From Euryarchaeota archaeon UBA52 (GTDB taxonomy: Archaea; Thermoplasmatota; Poseidoniia; Poseidoniales; Thalassarchaeaceae), in the NCBI GenBank assembly GCA_002505455.1, contig DAVB01000055.1, forward strand, positions 11,710 through 75,709: 64,000 nt of DNA, given 5' to 3'. This document shows, one piece after another, positions 53,484-63,955 of the stretch; within the stretch, counting starts at the first letter, position 1, and the number at the start of each line of letters is the position of its first letter. The notes beneath the pieces are model-generated. The model searched no databases. It was given only the letters and a program-made list of their open reading frames with translations, and was not told where the DNA came from. The position numbers and the translations under genes were made by a program.

Positions 53484-54620
53484 TCACCTGTCTGTCTCTC
53501 CAATACAGGGATCGAATGATCCCATAATTGCGGGGATGTCTGCAACCTTGTATCCAATCATACACTTCGATGCGTAAGGTATTGTGATAAACATAGGAGA
53601 ACGTATGGAAACCCGGTAGGGGTTCTTGCCCCGGCCGTCTCCTCCTCCCACGATATGGAACATTGACTCCCCCCTACTATCTTCGAAATGATGGGAGCCG
53701 AATGTTCCCTCTGGCGCTCTTGATGGCGCCTTGGCGAGAATAGCAGGGTCGCCTGGTTCATGATGGGTTTCAGAGCCCCCGGGGATTCTATCAAGTGCCT
53801 CGAGGACCATATTTGCTGATTCTACCATCTCGGTTACTCGCACTCGATATCGATCATAGCAATCAGCTCCCTTGACCGAGGACCTCTCGACAGCGGGGGC
53901 CCAATCCAACTCAGAGTATACCGAATACGGATGAGCCCAGCGAACATCGTAATCGACACCTGCAGCTCGAACGTTTGGCCCGGTTACTCCGTGGTTCACC
54001 ATCTCTTCGGCTTTCGTATATCCAACACCCTGAGTTCGTACGAGGAAAACTGTACTCTCATCGAAGAGCGACTCATACTCCTGGATTCTCTGTTTGAAGA
54101 GGTCTAGCTTTGCTCTGGCGCGCTGTGCGAAGCCATAGGGAAGATCTCGCTTCACCCCCCCGATTCTTGGGAAGTTGTAATGCATCCTTGATCCGCCCAA
54201 CTCCTGTAATAGATCCATCATCATCTCACGTTCTCTGAGACACCAAACCATGATCGATAGATTACCGATATCTGGTCCATAAGCACCAAGCCACATGAGA
54301 TGGCTAGCGATTCTCTGAAGTTCGACTGCGATTAGCCGGATGTATTCCGCTCTCTCGGGAACTTCCACCTCAAGCAGATCTTCAGCAGCATAAATGTAGG
54401 CATGGGACCAAGTATTCGCACTCGCATAGCAGAGTCGGTCGCAATATGTGGTGATTTGAGTGAAGTCGCGAGACTCGCATATCTTCTCGACGCCGCGATG
54501 GATATACCCAAGATCGGGTTCCGTATCAACTACGGTTTCACCGTCTACTTTGACTTTCAAAGTCCAGAGTCCGTGAGTCATGGGGTGTTGAGGGCCCATT
54601 GAAATCCACATTTCTGCCAT
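53484..54620 (-). CDS. nuoD: Complex I-type subunit D (49-kDa / NiFe-hydrogenase large-subunit-like)
   Basis: 378 aa. The ending RVSIRSPMFITIPYASKCMIGYKVADIPAIMGSFDPCIGETDR is the typical NuoD C-terminus. Confidence 0.85.
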   Translation of the reverse strand: MAEMWISMGPQHPMTHGLWTLKVKVDGETVVDTEPDLGYIHRGVEKICESRDFTQITTYCDRLCYASANTWSHAYIYAAEDLLEVEVPERAEYIRLIAVELQRIASHLMWLGAYGPDIGNLSIMVWCLREREMMMDLLQELGGSRMHYNFPRIGGVKRDLPYGFAQRARAKLDLFKQRIQEYESLFDESTVFLVRTQGVGYTKAEEMVNHGVTGPNVRAAGVDYDVRWAHPYSVYSELDWAPAVERSSVKGADCYDRYRVRVTEMVESANMVLEALDRIPGGSETHHEPGDPAILAKAPSRAPEGTFGSHHFEDSRGESMFHIVGGGDGRGKNPYRVSIRSPMFITIPYASKCMIGYKVADIPAIMGSFDPCIGETDR

Positions 54621-54632
54621 AGATATACACCC

Positions 54633-55295
54633 TCACTTGACCCGTCCTGAGTCAGGAGACTTACGCAAGAATCCCTGAGCATCGTCATACATTTCCTCGA
54701 ATCCATGGTATCGAAGTTTGTGTTGTCTCTGGAGGGGATGATAGCCTGGCGGTGTTTCGTGCGGGTTTAGCACTCTTCGCATGCTCTGATGTCCATCAAA
54801 ATCAATTCCAACAAGATCCCAAGTCTCCTTCTCATTCCAATCAGCTCCAACCCATATGTCTTGAATCGAGGGTACGGAGGGCGTGCGTGTCTCGGGTATC
54901 GCTATGTTAACCTGAATTTCTATGGGGACTTCCGTCCCGCTCAACTTCTTTGGTTCTGTTATATTTGGGATAATTGAGGATCCGTCTTCTGTGATGAGTG
55001 GGTCCGTTACCCCTGTTCTTAGGAAGTGATAGATAACTTCCCAATTCTTCTCTGAAGAATCAGGCCAATGTATGCCTGTTATCATAGAGCAATAATCGAC
55101 TGCGTGATCGTATTTCATAGTCTCAGCGACCTTTCTCCAAGATGCTGGTTCGCATTGAAGATGGGCAATATTCCGGGTCTGGGTCCCGTTGGTTCTGGAA
55201 AGCACTTCTCCAGTGACACCTTCTATGGATGTGAGAGAATTTACGAGTTGCGTAGCGGCTTCGTTCTGGCCCTCAGCACTGACTCTCTTACCCAT
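54633..55295 (-). CDS. nuoC: Complex I-type subunit C (30-kDa), not fused to nuoD
   Basis: 220-aa protein between nuoB and nuoD. NuoC-like DHAVDYCSMITGIHWPD...EVIYHF. Confidence 0.75.
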   Translation of the reverse strand: MGKRVSAEGQNEAATQLVNSLTSIEGVTGEVLSRTNGTQTRNIAHLQCEPASWRKVAETMKYDHAVDYCSMITGIHWPDSSEKNWEVIYHFLRTGVTDPLITEDGSSIIPNITEPKKLSGTEVPIEIQVNIAIPETRTPSVPSIQDIWVGADWNEKETWDLVGIDFDGHQSMRRVLNPHETPPGYHPLQRQHKLRYHGFEEMYDDAQGFLRKSPDSGRVK

Positions 55296-55308
55296 TTAAT
55301 CACCTCCT

Positions 55309-55905
55309 TCAATCATCACCAAGAATAAGGGGAACTTCGATTTCAGAGCGTCCCTCACTTGGGATCGCACCAATGCGAATTATTTTCTGTCGAAGTTTGG
55401 CAAACCCGTCGATAAGTGCTTCAGGCCTTGGAGGGCAGCCTGGGATGTACACGTCAACTGGAATTACTGTATCAACACCCTCGAGAATATTGTAAGATTG
55501 GAAGTATGGCCCACCTGAGATAGCACATTCTCCCATGGCTATGCACCACTTGGGTTCAGGCATCTGCTCCCAGAGTCGGACGAGTGGATCGGCGAATTTC
55601 TTGCTGACTGGCCCGTTGACCAACAGTACGTCACACTGTCGTGGGCTTGAACGGAAGAAAACGCCGAAACGCTCAGCGTCGAATCGACTTGCTCCAGCAG
55701 CGGCCATCTCGAGAGCGCAGCATTTTATTCCAAGATGAAGAGGGAAGAGAGACTTTCTCTGTCCCCAATTGAAAAGTCGTCCTGCTAGGACTCCTATGAC
55801 GTCCTTGATTCTTGATGCTTTGAGGGCCTCATCAGTTACATGGCCCACGGTATCCACCAGTATCCTGCTGTTGAAAACTGAGAAATTCTGATCTTCATCT
55901 GCCAT
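55309..55905 (-). CDS. nuoB: Complex I-type subunit B (20-kDa, N2 cluster)
   Basis: Cys motifs GIKCCALEMAAAG, CIAMGECAISGGPY and YIPGCPPRPEAL. Confidence 0.9.
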   Translation of the reverse strand: MADEDQNFSVFNSRILVDTVGHVTDEALKASRIKDVIGVLAGRLFNWGQRKSLFPLHLGIKCCALEMAAAGASRFDAERFGVFFRSSPRQCDVLLVNGPVSKKFADPLVRLWEQMPEPKWCIAMGECAISGGPYFQSYNILEGVDTVIPVDVYIPGCPPRPEALIDGFAKLRQKIIRIGAIPSEGRSEIEVPLILGDD

Positions 55906-55916
55906 TCATTGCCACC

Positions 55917-56429
55917 TCAAATGTATATCCTGCCCCTCTTCCGGAAGACATGCCAGACCCCGAGACTCATGAGTAAGACGAAGACGGACATGGTGACTAG
56001 AGCGGCAATCACATCCGATTGGGAAAGATTCGAATCGATGACAATGATGCCTCCGAACGCAAGGAACATGAATGCGATATCGAACACCAGGAAGATGATA
56101 GCGTACCAGTAATATTGGAAATGGAAGTTTATGTGTGCCTCGCCCAACGGCTCTGCTCCACATTCGTATGTCGATGTAGCTCGGGGGTAAAGTGAGTGAT
56201 CTCGCTCATATCCCGGCAACAATATTGATCTTACTTTGGACCGATTATTCGGATCTTCTGTGGGTCTGAGGAAGTATGAAGCGATGAACGCACCGACTGG
56301 AAATCCGATGCCTACAAGCGTCATTATGCCGAACGCAAGATAGGCCTCCGTAACGGTATCCATCCGCACCACCACAGACCCACGGGGGGTCAACGAACCA
56401 TCCCACCGGAAAATGCTCCATAAACCCAT
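55917..56429 (-). CDS. nuoA: Complex I-type subunit A (start possibly at the internal Met at 56363)
   Basis: Small 3-TM protein (AYLAFGIMTLVGIGFPVGAFIASYFLRP) at the head of the nuoB-N run. Confidence 0.7.
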   Translation of the reverse strand: MGLWSIFRWDGSLTPRGSVVVRMDTVTEAYLAFGIMTLVGIGFPVGAFIASYFLRPTEDPNNRSKVRSILLPGYERDHSLYPRATSTYECGAEPLGEAHINFHFQYYWYAIIFLVFDIAFMFLAFGGIIVIDSNLSQSDVIAALVTMSVFVLLMSLGVWHVFRKRGRIYI

Positions 56430-56447
56430 CCAATCAGATTGGGCTCA

Positions 56448-59129
56448 TCATACCCTACGATCTTCGCCAAGAGCTTCTAGAATACGCTCGCTCTCACGCC
56501 TTGAGCGAAGCGCGAGAACGGCCACGGTCGCCACGCCTATTGCTATGAGTCCAATGACGATTATCTGCTCGGCGTCCTCCGAGAGGGCTAGGAAGCCGGC
56601 TGGGAGCTCCGTAGCCGTAATCAGATCCAATGGTTGCCCTGCTGCAGGTAGTCCCTTAGGCTGCACCACAATTGTAAATCTGTACTCATCGTCAGATATC
56701 AGATCAGCCGGCGGGAGTGTACTCACCTCAATCTCCATCGTCTGACCAGGCTCCAATTCAAAATCATCAGGTACGATATCAACGGACCAACCGCGTAGAG
56801 ATTCGGTTGGGATGATGACCACATCCTCGACAATATTGCCATGATTGGTTACGAAGAAGGAATATTCGCCCTTATCGGGATACGCTGTTGTCTGCTTAGT
56901 TGATTCTTCCATAGTCAGTCTAAGGTCATGAATGGTTCTGATTTCAACTGCTATGTCGATTGAAGATATTTCATTGGGATTCAGGGCGGAGTACGCATTG
57001 ACCTTCATCAGCCCATTTAGCCCGTTAGCAGAGCCTTGCACCACTTCCATTCGGATATCGACTTGTATCCTATCTCCTGGTTGAACTGGAATTGGGGCAG
57101 TTATGGTGTTCCCCTGTATGCTTATCGTCCTAATAACAAGAGCCTCGAGACCGGAGATATCGATTACAAGATCGTCACCAGCGGGATAGTCCCCGGTATT
57201 GTCCACGAAGAAGGAGAGTGTGGTTTCACCACCGGGTGGCAGTGTTACGTCAAGTTGTCCGGGTGTCAGGCCGGGATTTACGGGAGATATCTCGAATGTG
57301 TAGTTATAATTCGAGACTGTCACTGTCACCGTCTCTTCTGCATCGGCATCTGCTCCGAAAACAGCAGCTCTGGCTAAGATTCTGGCTGAGTCTGCATTCT
57401 CCTCGCCTTCAACGTTGACATCGAGGAAGAGGCTTCGAGATTGGCCTGGGCTGAGCTGTACTTGGCTGAGTCCGTTTCCATTCGAATCAGAATAGGATGC
57501 GTCCCATTGAGGGGAGTTGCATCCAGTCTGATCCCCGGGGTTACAAACTTGGAGTTTGATTGTATCTTCCACATTCCCTTCATTGGTAACAACGAATGGA
57601 AACCTTACAATCTGGTCTGTACGACCATTCTGCGCGGTTGATACGAAGTCTATCGTGACCTCATGTCTTTGATTTACATTCACGTTCAGAGCAACTGTGT
57701 CGAGGGTTTCTGAGCCGCCGCCGCCTGTAACCTTGAATACCACTTGAGTTGATCCTGCTAATGCATCGTCTGGAACTGAGATGACTGCGGTTGATGAGCC
57801 TTGATTTTGAGAAGTTTGAGCCGCATTGAGGCTGTGGGACGGGGGTGAGAACGAAATGCTCCATCCAGATGGTAGCGGTTCTGTTGCAAGAGTGAACGTA
57901 TCAGCGCCATTTCCAGTATTCTCGAGGTATATCGTCACCTGCGGCTGACTGCCGGGTTCTACATTCGATACAGACCCGGTATTGATGGAAATATCTCCAG
58001 AATGTATCTGTCCGACCTTTATCGTAACTGTAGCTTCACAGCCAACTGATGAGCCTGCCTTTGCCATTATTCTGATATCAACACTTGATCCGGATTCTAC
58101 AGATGAGTCTGGCGTGATATCAAATCCGAATGTGAAACTATCCCCGTTGTTGTTTGGCTCAGCGAGAAGTTTGCTTGTGGGGGAATCGAAAGAAACCCAA
58201 CCGGATATGTCTTCGCCGCCCGCGCTTTGTGCTTGGACCGCAGCAGTCCAGGCAGTATTTCCCGTATTTGTGACTTCGATGTTGTTCGGGGAGCTTGTCT
58301 GACCGGGTTGCAAATTTGCAAATGACCAATCAAGTTCTTCGACACATGTTCTGATTTGAGGCACTACTCCTGTGAGCGTGAGGTTGTCCTCGGCCCCATT
58401 TGTTGGGTCATTGGTGACCGTGGCTCTCAGTATGAAACAGTGCTCGCCGGCATCGGTCTCACTCTCATCATCCAGGGTGATTTGGAAGTCCACGTCTTCA
58501 TTATCGCCTGAATTCAGATTGACCGTGGCTGGGTCAACCGAAGCGGAAACAGTCTCATCATCAGAATCGCACCCGCTATCGTTCTCGACCGTAAGTTGTA
58601 TGTTTGCCTGCTGATCTCCATTATTCTCAACATTGACGATCCAATCGATTGAGTCTCCTTCTAAGTCGTAATCTTTCTTCAGAGCGCCGGTAGTCAATAC
58701 TACAGAATACAGGCCTCCATCCTCAGCGGTAGTAGTTACAGTTAGTGAATCGGATTGCGGTGGCGGCGTCGGCCCCGTTGCTTGGATTGTCAATGTCGTC
58801 TCGCAATCCCCTGATGCTGTGTCATCTACTTGCACCTCGAGATCTACAAGTTCGTCGCTGTTTGAATTGACGCTGCCCGTGGGGGAGTCGACGCTCGAGG
58901 TGAAACCATTGCACCCGGCCCCCTGTTGGGTCGAGAGTGTGTATGTCATGTCGTCATCTCCGTTGTTCCTTATCGTGATCTCATAAACCGCTGGATCACT
59001 TGTCGTTGCAGGCTTCTCTGTATCAGGGGTTGAGAGTTGTGGGTCTACATCCGCGGAGACGGTCGGGGCGATGGCCGCGATGAGCATGAGCGCCGCGACT
59101 ACGGTGACGGAACGGGGCCTCATAGACAC
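56448..59129 (-). CDS. Large acidic cell-surface protein (signal peptide, repeated Ig/CARDB-like beta domains, C-terminal TM anchor and charged tail)
   Basis: N-terminal MSMRPRSVTVVAALMLIAAIAPTVSA. D/T/S/N/G-rich repeated segments. C-terminal IIVIGLIAIGVATVAVLALRSRRESERILE. No catalytic motif. Confidence 0.55.
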   Translation of the reverse strand: MSMRPRSVTVVAALMLIAAIAPTVSADVDPQLSTPDTEKPATTSDPAVYEITIRNNGDDDMTYTLSTQQGAGCNGFTSSVDSPTGSVNSNSDELVDLEVQVDDTASGDCETTLTIQATGPTPPPQSDSLTVTTTAEDGGLYSVVLTTGALKKDYDLEGDSIDWIVNVENNGDQQANIQLTVENDSGCDSDDETVSASVDPATVNLNSGDNEDVDFQITLDDESETDAGEHCFILRATVTNDPTNGAEDNLTLTGVVPQIRTCVEELDWSFANLQPGQTSSPNNIEVTNTGNTAWTAAVQAQSAGGEDISGWVSFDSPTSKLLAEPNNNGDSFTFGFDITPDSSVESGSSVDIRIMAKAGSSVGCEATVTIKVGQIHSGDISINTGSVSNVEPGSQPQVTIYLENTGNGADTFTLATEPLPSGWSISFSPPSHSLNAAQTSQNQGSSTAVISVPDDALAGSTQVVFKVTGGGGSETLDTVALNVNVNQRHEVTIDFVSTAQNGRTDQIVRFPFVVTNEGNVEDTIKLQVCNPGDQTGCNSPQWDASYSDSNGNGLSQVQLSPGQSRSLFLDVNVEGEENADSARILARAAVFGADADAEETVTVTVSNYNYTFEISPVNPGLTPGQLDVTLPPGGETTLSFFVDNTGDYPAGDDLVIDISGLEALVIRTISIQGNTITAPIPVQPGDRIQVDIRMEVVQGSANGLNGLMKVNAYSALNPNEISSIDIAVEIRTIHDLRLTMEESTKQTTAYPDKGEYSFFVTNHGNIVEDVVIIPTESLRGWSVDIVPDDFELEPGQTMEIEVSTLPPADLISDDEYRFTIVVQPKGLPAAGQPLDLITATELPAGFLALSEDAEQIIVIGLIAIGVATVAVLALRSRRESERILEALGEDRRV

Positions 59130-59215
59130 TAATTGCCGGTCCTAACCTCTCTAAGGGCTTCGGCCTTCAGTGCGGTTCAAATCCCAAATTGCGCGTTAAC
59201 CGGCAAATCCCGGAG

Positions 59216-62200
59216 TCATCTCTTGGATAAGTCGATTATCGCCTTCGATTGAGGTGCGGACCAACCTGTGGATTGTAATTGCATTGAAACAGACTCCTCA
59301 GACTGCCCGGCATCTATCGCGGCCTTTGCCCAATCAATTGCAGCAGCTCTGTCTTCTATCTCATCTTTTGAAAACAAGCTGCGTTTACTCTCAGCTGTTG
59401 GCCGAAGTCGCATGGTTGTAAACACGCCAATTGCAACCACAATAACAAGGCCGATGAGTATCAACGGCAGGGACAAGCCTGCCGAAGAGGAAGCGCGAAC
59501 TTGGAGTGGTATCTCATAGGATGAGCCTTCGATGGTTGAACCGCCCTGAAGATCGATAACAACTGGTCCTCTTGCCGTACCGGGGGTGATCTCAATTTCT
59601 ATTGATCTGGATTCTCCAGGAGAAAGGGACAGAATCGTATCTTGAGCTATCGTATGGGACCACCCTGACGGTGCATCGACCTGGATCTTGCTGTTTATCG
59701 GCGAGTTGCCGAGATTCTCCACATCTAGGGTTATCTGTGCAGTATCTCCTGTGTTAATTATGGGCATATTGCCTTGAAACGACCATTGCATTTTGGATGT
59801 CTTCTTGACCAGAAGGGATACTGTATCAATTGCCACCAACCCGCCATCTTCAAGTCTCAGAGTCAGTATGGCTTCTGATCCGCCCTGTTGTGTCTCTGGA
59901 ATAGTTACAGAGCACCAGACTTTCGAAGATGTGCCTGGCTGTACGGTGCCGATAGGTGAACAGGGGGTAGACCAACCATCTTCCTGTGCAGTTAGTTCAG
60001 CAACTGGAGACCATGCCCCCAATCCTTGATTCGCTACGTCCCAAGAAAGATCGAACGGAGTGGTAACTGGAAGAGCGCCCAGGCCGAGCGGACTTGTTGA
60101 TGTGGAGCCGTCTGCAGACACTATCGATGAGAATGAAACGAGGGGCTGTGCACCCGAAGTTACGTCTATTGTTCGATTCCACAAGAAAGCATTGCCATCC
60201 TGAGTTAGGAATCTGACTTTTACGAGTCCGCCGACTGCGCGTCCATTACCTTCGAGGATTAGATCCCATATCGAAGTGGAGGACTTGTCGATTGAGATAG
60301 TTTGAGTTGAAGAGGCACTAGACCAGCCCCCTGGAAGGGATATTATCTGGGGCGTGAGCGTGATGTCTCGATTGCCCTCGTTCACAATTTGCACAGGGAC
60401 CTCGTGTCGTTCGTCTGGTCTAACCTGTTCATCTATGCCATCTGAGTCTGGTGTTAACCTGATTTTATCTGTTGGAGTGACGATTAACGGTATGTCCTCT
60501 ACCCATGTGTCAGTTGTTGTACGGGCAGAGATGGTTAGCTGGGCGCTCATCTGTGTTCCAGCGGTTACAACGACGGACGGTGGTTTGAGGGTGATATCAA
60601 TTGAACGAGAATTCCCCTGTGTCAAAGTCCCGGTTGAACCGTGTGTTGAGTCCACAAACGTTCCGAGATTGTCGAGGGTCGCTCTCCACCCGGCAGGTGC
60701 CTCCAGGGCTAGGTCGTACGTCTGTGGCCCGTTTCCTTCGTTTGTCAGCTGGAGGGAAGCGCTTGATGGTTCAAATGCGTCAACAGCCAGTGTGCCACCG
60801 GGGACCCTGAGTTCCACGGCTGGGAATGAGGATACGGTCAATCTCAAGATGAGTTCGCTGGTAACGTCATTTACCTCGTCTATGCCTGTGATTATTACTC
60901 TGTATACACCTGGTTCAGGAGGATTTGGATGTGCTAAAGCGAATGATAGTTGCTTTTCCTCTGAAGCATTCAGGTCGACTTCGGTCTGGGAAAACGAACT
61001 GTACCACGGCACAGTGGCCCCATCTGACATCCTAACAACATTTGAAGCGGATATCGAGGCATTGGTGGGGAATAATGCTGTATTGGTGAGGGCTATCTGT
61101 AATGTTGTGGAACCGCTTGGAACCGTCATTACCGGATTGGGATTGTCTGTTTCAACCCGAATACCTGGCTCACTGACTTCTATTGGTATCGTGAACAGAT
61201 TGTTTTGTTCTGATGATTCTTCTACCTGATCGTTGGGATCGATTTCAATGGAAATTTGACGCGTCCCCGAAGCCGCTGGGGTCCACTGCCATTCCAACGG
61301 TACCGCTTCACCCGGAGCCATACTTATTGTTCTCACACCTAGGGGCTGTCCTGGAGAAGACGCAGAAATTGAAACGGAAGGAACTGATCCTGCGCCTAGA
61401 TTCGCAATGGTTGCTCCAATGGTAACCGTCTCTCCCACCTGTGGAATTGGGGTTGAAAGTGTGAAGCTGTCTGCGTCAACTGCAGGATCAGGGGTCAGGT
61501 CGTTCACATTAACGCCCCTTAGTGCAATGGAATACGGCTGATACTGTCGTGCTCCTGCGTGATAGACATCGCTTACCCGTACAGTCCAGACGCCGAGTCC
61601 TGCCGATTCAACCAAGACTGCCTCTACGTTATTTACGGAATCTGCCTGACCGCCGGTCACTGAATGGCCCTGGGAGAAGACATTCCCGAGATATGTGGAT
61701 GTGCCTCCCGGGGATATCACCTCGAGATCTAGATCGTTACGTAATTGATCCGAAGAAGAGGTAGATCCGGGGTAATCCGACCATGCGAGAACTACCTTTA
61801 ACGGCTCACCGGCTCGAGTAACTTCGAAGGAATACTCATCGATTTCACCGCTTTTCAGCCTATGGCGGTCATCGACAAATATTCCAACATCGGATTCAGG
61901 AATCAAGCTGTTGGATAGATCTATTCTTCCCCACCCCTCAACGTTATTGGGAATGTTGGGCGTACCGACATCTTCTGCACCAAGGATGAGCATGGCTTTG
62001 ATGAGCGATGCCTGCGGAGCGGGTCTCTGCGCGATTTCCATGAGGTATTCTCTGATCAAGATTGAGGCCCCGGCTGCTGCTGGAGTTGCCATTGATGTGC
62101 CACTAGATTCTTCATACCACTGACCGAGATCATTGGATCCGCCTGATTCTTGTGCTTCGCAGGATCGAACGTACATGCCCGGAGCAATCACATCTGGTTT

Positions 62201-63592
62201 GATTCTGCCATCATCAGTTGGACCTTGGCTGCTGTATGGATACATTGCATCTGGGGACCCTCCATATCTATTCTGATGCGCCCCTACTGCGATTACATTC
62301 TTTGCTGTGGCTGGGGGGGAGATGCCGCTGCTGCCTTCGTTGCCGGCTGAGAAGAAGACGGACATTCCTTCGTATGTCCAATATTGATCCCATGTGCTAA
62401 TCCGATCATCGGCATCCTCTGCTGATGTTGTATATGTGTTGTAACCGGATCCCGAGCCCCAGCTGTTGGTATGGAAACGTGCTCCGTTGTTGTATGCCTG
62501 GGAGAGCATGGTATCAATTCCATAACTGTACAAACTGCCAGAGTCATCGTCCTCCATTGCCTGAAAGACGATTTCAGCTTCTGGAGCAACTCCGGCATAC
62601 TGTCCCGAGCTTCTGTAGCCGGACCCCACAGCCGTACAAGCTACGTGGGTACCATGTCCGGAGCCATCTGCTGTGGAGCTATCGCCAGGGGTTACTGATG
62701 TTCTAGAAACAATCCTGGATCCGAAATCACCATGGTCATGGTCTATACCGGAGTCTCCGACAGCAATTCTCTGTCCTGAACCATCGAGTGTGGTTGAGAA
62801 CCATGACTCTACATCTTCAGATTCAGTGTGATCTCTGACCTCATCGTTTGAGGGTACAAGTTGAGGCATTGGAGCGATCCATGCCACAGCAGGATTTTCA
62901 AGTACTGAGGCGATTGATTCGTAGTCGATTGAACCCCATCTACGGCCGTTATCAACAATGCCGCTATCCATGAATCCCATCTGATCGAGAGTGTCAAGAT
63001 TACCGATTCCAAGAGGCATTGAGTCATCTGACCTACCATCTTCAAGGGTGTTCCACCCGAGTATCTCCACCTCGATAAGATCCTGTGTAGATTCAATTGA
63101 GGGGTGTACTAGCAAACCTGTTGGGACTGCGTGAGATGCCGCTACTACGGGCAGAAGGGCTACCTGTTCGAGAGCCTTTTCATCGCCTTGGACTAAGTAA
63201 CCGGATGGCGGAACGGCCGTTCTTATCTCTAAGCCCGGTATTTCCTCGATTGTAATTCTGGCATCCCACATACCAATCATATCGTCAATTAGAAGCATTA
63301 CCAGATCTTGCCTTGGTTGGGTGAACTCGGATTGAATAGTCTGAGAGGGTATGAATCCGGCCAGAGTGTATATTCCAATGGGGGTGTCTGCAACCATTGA
63401 TCGGCCTCTTTCTACGCCGACGAATGTGACTGGCTCAGAGATATCTGAAATCTTCGAAGGTCCGGAAAGATCGACTTGTCTGATTTGATGTTCATCGGAG
63501 AGGTTGTATTGATTATCGAAGTCAATCGACCCCCACATCATCGTCGTCAGAAGTGCCGCTATGAGCGCTGCGCCCCTCTTCTTCATATGCAT
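59216..63592 (-). CDS. Giant membrane-anchored subtilisin-like serine protease (S8 family, 1458 aa) with ~900-aa C-terminal repeat region, TM anchor and ~60-aa cytoplasmic tail
   Basis: Signal peptide MHMKKRGAALIAALLTTMMWG. Catalytic triad motifs D (IAVGDSGIDHDHGDF), H (SGHGTHVACTAVGSG) and S (SGTSMATPAAAGASI). C-terminal LSLPLILIGLVIVVAIGVFTTM + RLRPTAESKRS... tail. Confidence 0.9.
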   Translation of the reverse strand: MHMKKRGAALIAALLTTMMWGSIDFDNQYNLSDEHQIRQVDLSGPSKISDISEPVTFVGVERGRSMVADTPIGIYTLAGFIPSQTIQSEFTQPRQDLVMLLIDDMIGMWDARITIEEIPGLEIRTAVPPSGYLVQGDEKALEQVALLPVVAASHAVPTGLLVHPSIESTQDLIEVEILGWNTLEDGRSDDSMPLGIGNLDTLDQMGFMDSGIVDNGRRWGSIDYESIASVLENPAVAWIAPMPQLVPSNDEVRDHTESEDVESWFSTTLDGSGQRIAVGDSGIDHDHGDFGSRIVSRTSVTPGDSSTADGSGHGTHVACTAVGSGYRSSGQYAGVAPEAEIVFQAMEDDDSGSLYSYGIDTMLSQAYNNGARFHTNSWGSGSGYNTYTTSAEDADDRISTWDQYWTYEGMSVFFSAGNEGSSGISPPATAKNVIAVGAHQNRYGGSPDAMYPYSSQGPTDDGRIKPDVIAPGMYVRSCEAQESGGSNDLGQWYEESSGTSMATPAAAGASILIREYLMEIAQRPAPQASLIKAMLILGAEDVGTPNIPNNVEGWGRIDLSNSLIPESDVGIFVDDRHRLKSGEIDEYSFEVTRAGEPLKVVLAWSDYPGSTSSSDQLRNDLDLEVISPGGTSTYLGNVFSQGHSVTGGQADSVNNVEAVLVESAGLGVWTVRVSDVYHAGARQYQPYSIALRGVNVNDLTPDPAVDADSFTLSTPIPQVGETVTIGATIANLGAGSVPSVSISASSPGQPLGVRTISMAPGEAVPLEWQWTPAASGTRQISIEIDPNDQVEESSEQNNLFTIPIEVSEPGIRVETDNPNPVMTVPSGSTTLQIALTNTALFPTNASISASNVVRMSDGATVPWYSSFSQTEVDLNASEEKQLSFALAHPNPPEPGVYRVIITGIDEVNDVTSELILRLTVSSFPAVELRVPGGTLAVDAFEPSSASLQLTNEGNGPQTYDLALEAPAGWRATLDNLGTFVDSTHGSTGTLTQGNSRSIDITLKPPSVVVTAGTQMSAQLTISARTTTDTWVEDIPLIVTPTDKIRLTPDSDGIDEQVRPDERHEVPVQIVNEGNRDITLTPQIISLPGGWSSASSTQTISIDKSSTSIWDLILEGNGRAVGGLVKVRFLTQDGNAFLWNRTIDVTSGAQPLVSFSSIVSADGSTSTSPLGLGALPVTTPFDLSWDVANQGLGAWSPVAELTAQEDGWSTPCSPIGTVQPGTSSKVWCSVTIPETQQGGSEAILTLRLEDGGLVAIDTVSLLVKKTSKMQWSFQGNMPIINTGDTAQITLDVENLGNSPINSKIQVDAPSGWSHTIAQDTILSLSPGESRSIEIEITPGTARGPVVIDLQGGSTIEGSSYEIPLQVRASSSAGLSLPLILIGLVIVVAIGVFTTMRLRPTAESKRSLFSKDEIEDRAAAIDWAKAAIDAGQSEESVSMQLQSTGWSAPQSKAIIDLSKR

Positions 63593-63640
63593 TGAGGGCC
63601 TTCTGGCTCTCTATGAGCGTATGGGTAATCGGTTCAGAGT

Positions 63641-63955
63641 TCAGAAGATTGTGAACTCTCCGACGTTGATGTGATACTCAGAAGTCCATTGACCTACATC
63701 GTGGGTCCATCTCTCTGTCTTTCTATCCCCGTCGTACGCGTAGTATTCGAGATCTATCTCAATCGTGTAATTCTCCCATACAGAGGCGCCGTCAATGATG
63801 AGTTCCAGATCGTCATGGGCAATCGAAGTATGGGCGCCAAGTTGTTCCCATGAAAAATCGGTTCTTCCAATTTCAATACCGACATCGTCGACCATTCTTA
63901 TTGACATCTCGATGTCTTCCATCGCCCTAGAACCTCGATTATCTAATTCAACCAA
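63641..63955 (-). CDS. Hypothetical protein (104 aa)
   Basis: ORF with protein-like composition downstream region of the window. No recognisable motif. Confidence 0.25.
   Translation of the reverse strand: MVELDNRGSRAMEDIEMSIRMVDDVGIEIGRTDFSWEQLGAHTSIAHDDLELIIDGASVWENYTIEIDLEYYAYDGDRKTERWTHDVGQWTSEYHINVGEFTIF

Noticed and set aside
56448-59129. PGF-CTERM signal at the C-terminus of the 893-aa surface protein (sequence LPAGFLALSEDAEQ...)
   Set aside because: PAGF is 10 residues away from the TM helix and is followed by a 25-aa mixed-charge tail rather than a short basic tail. This does not match the compact PGF-TM-basic pattern seen at 10369-10461.
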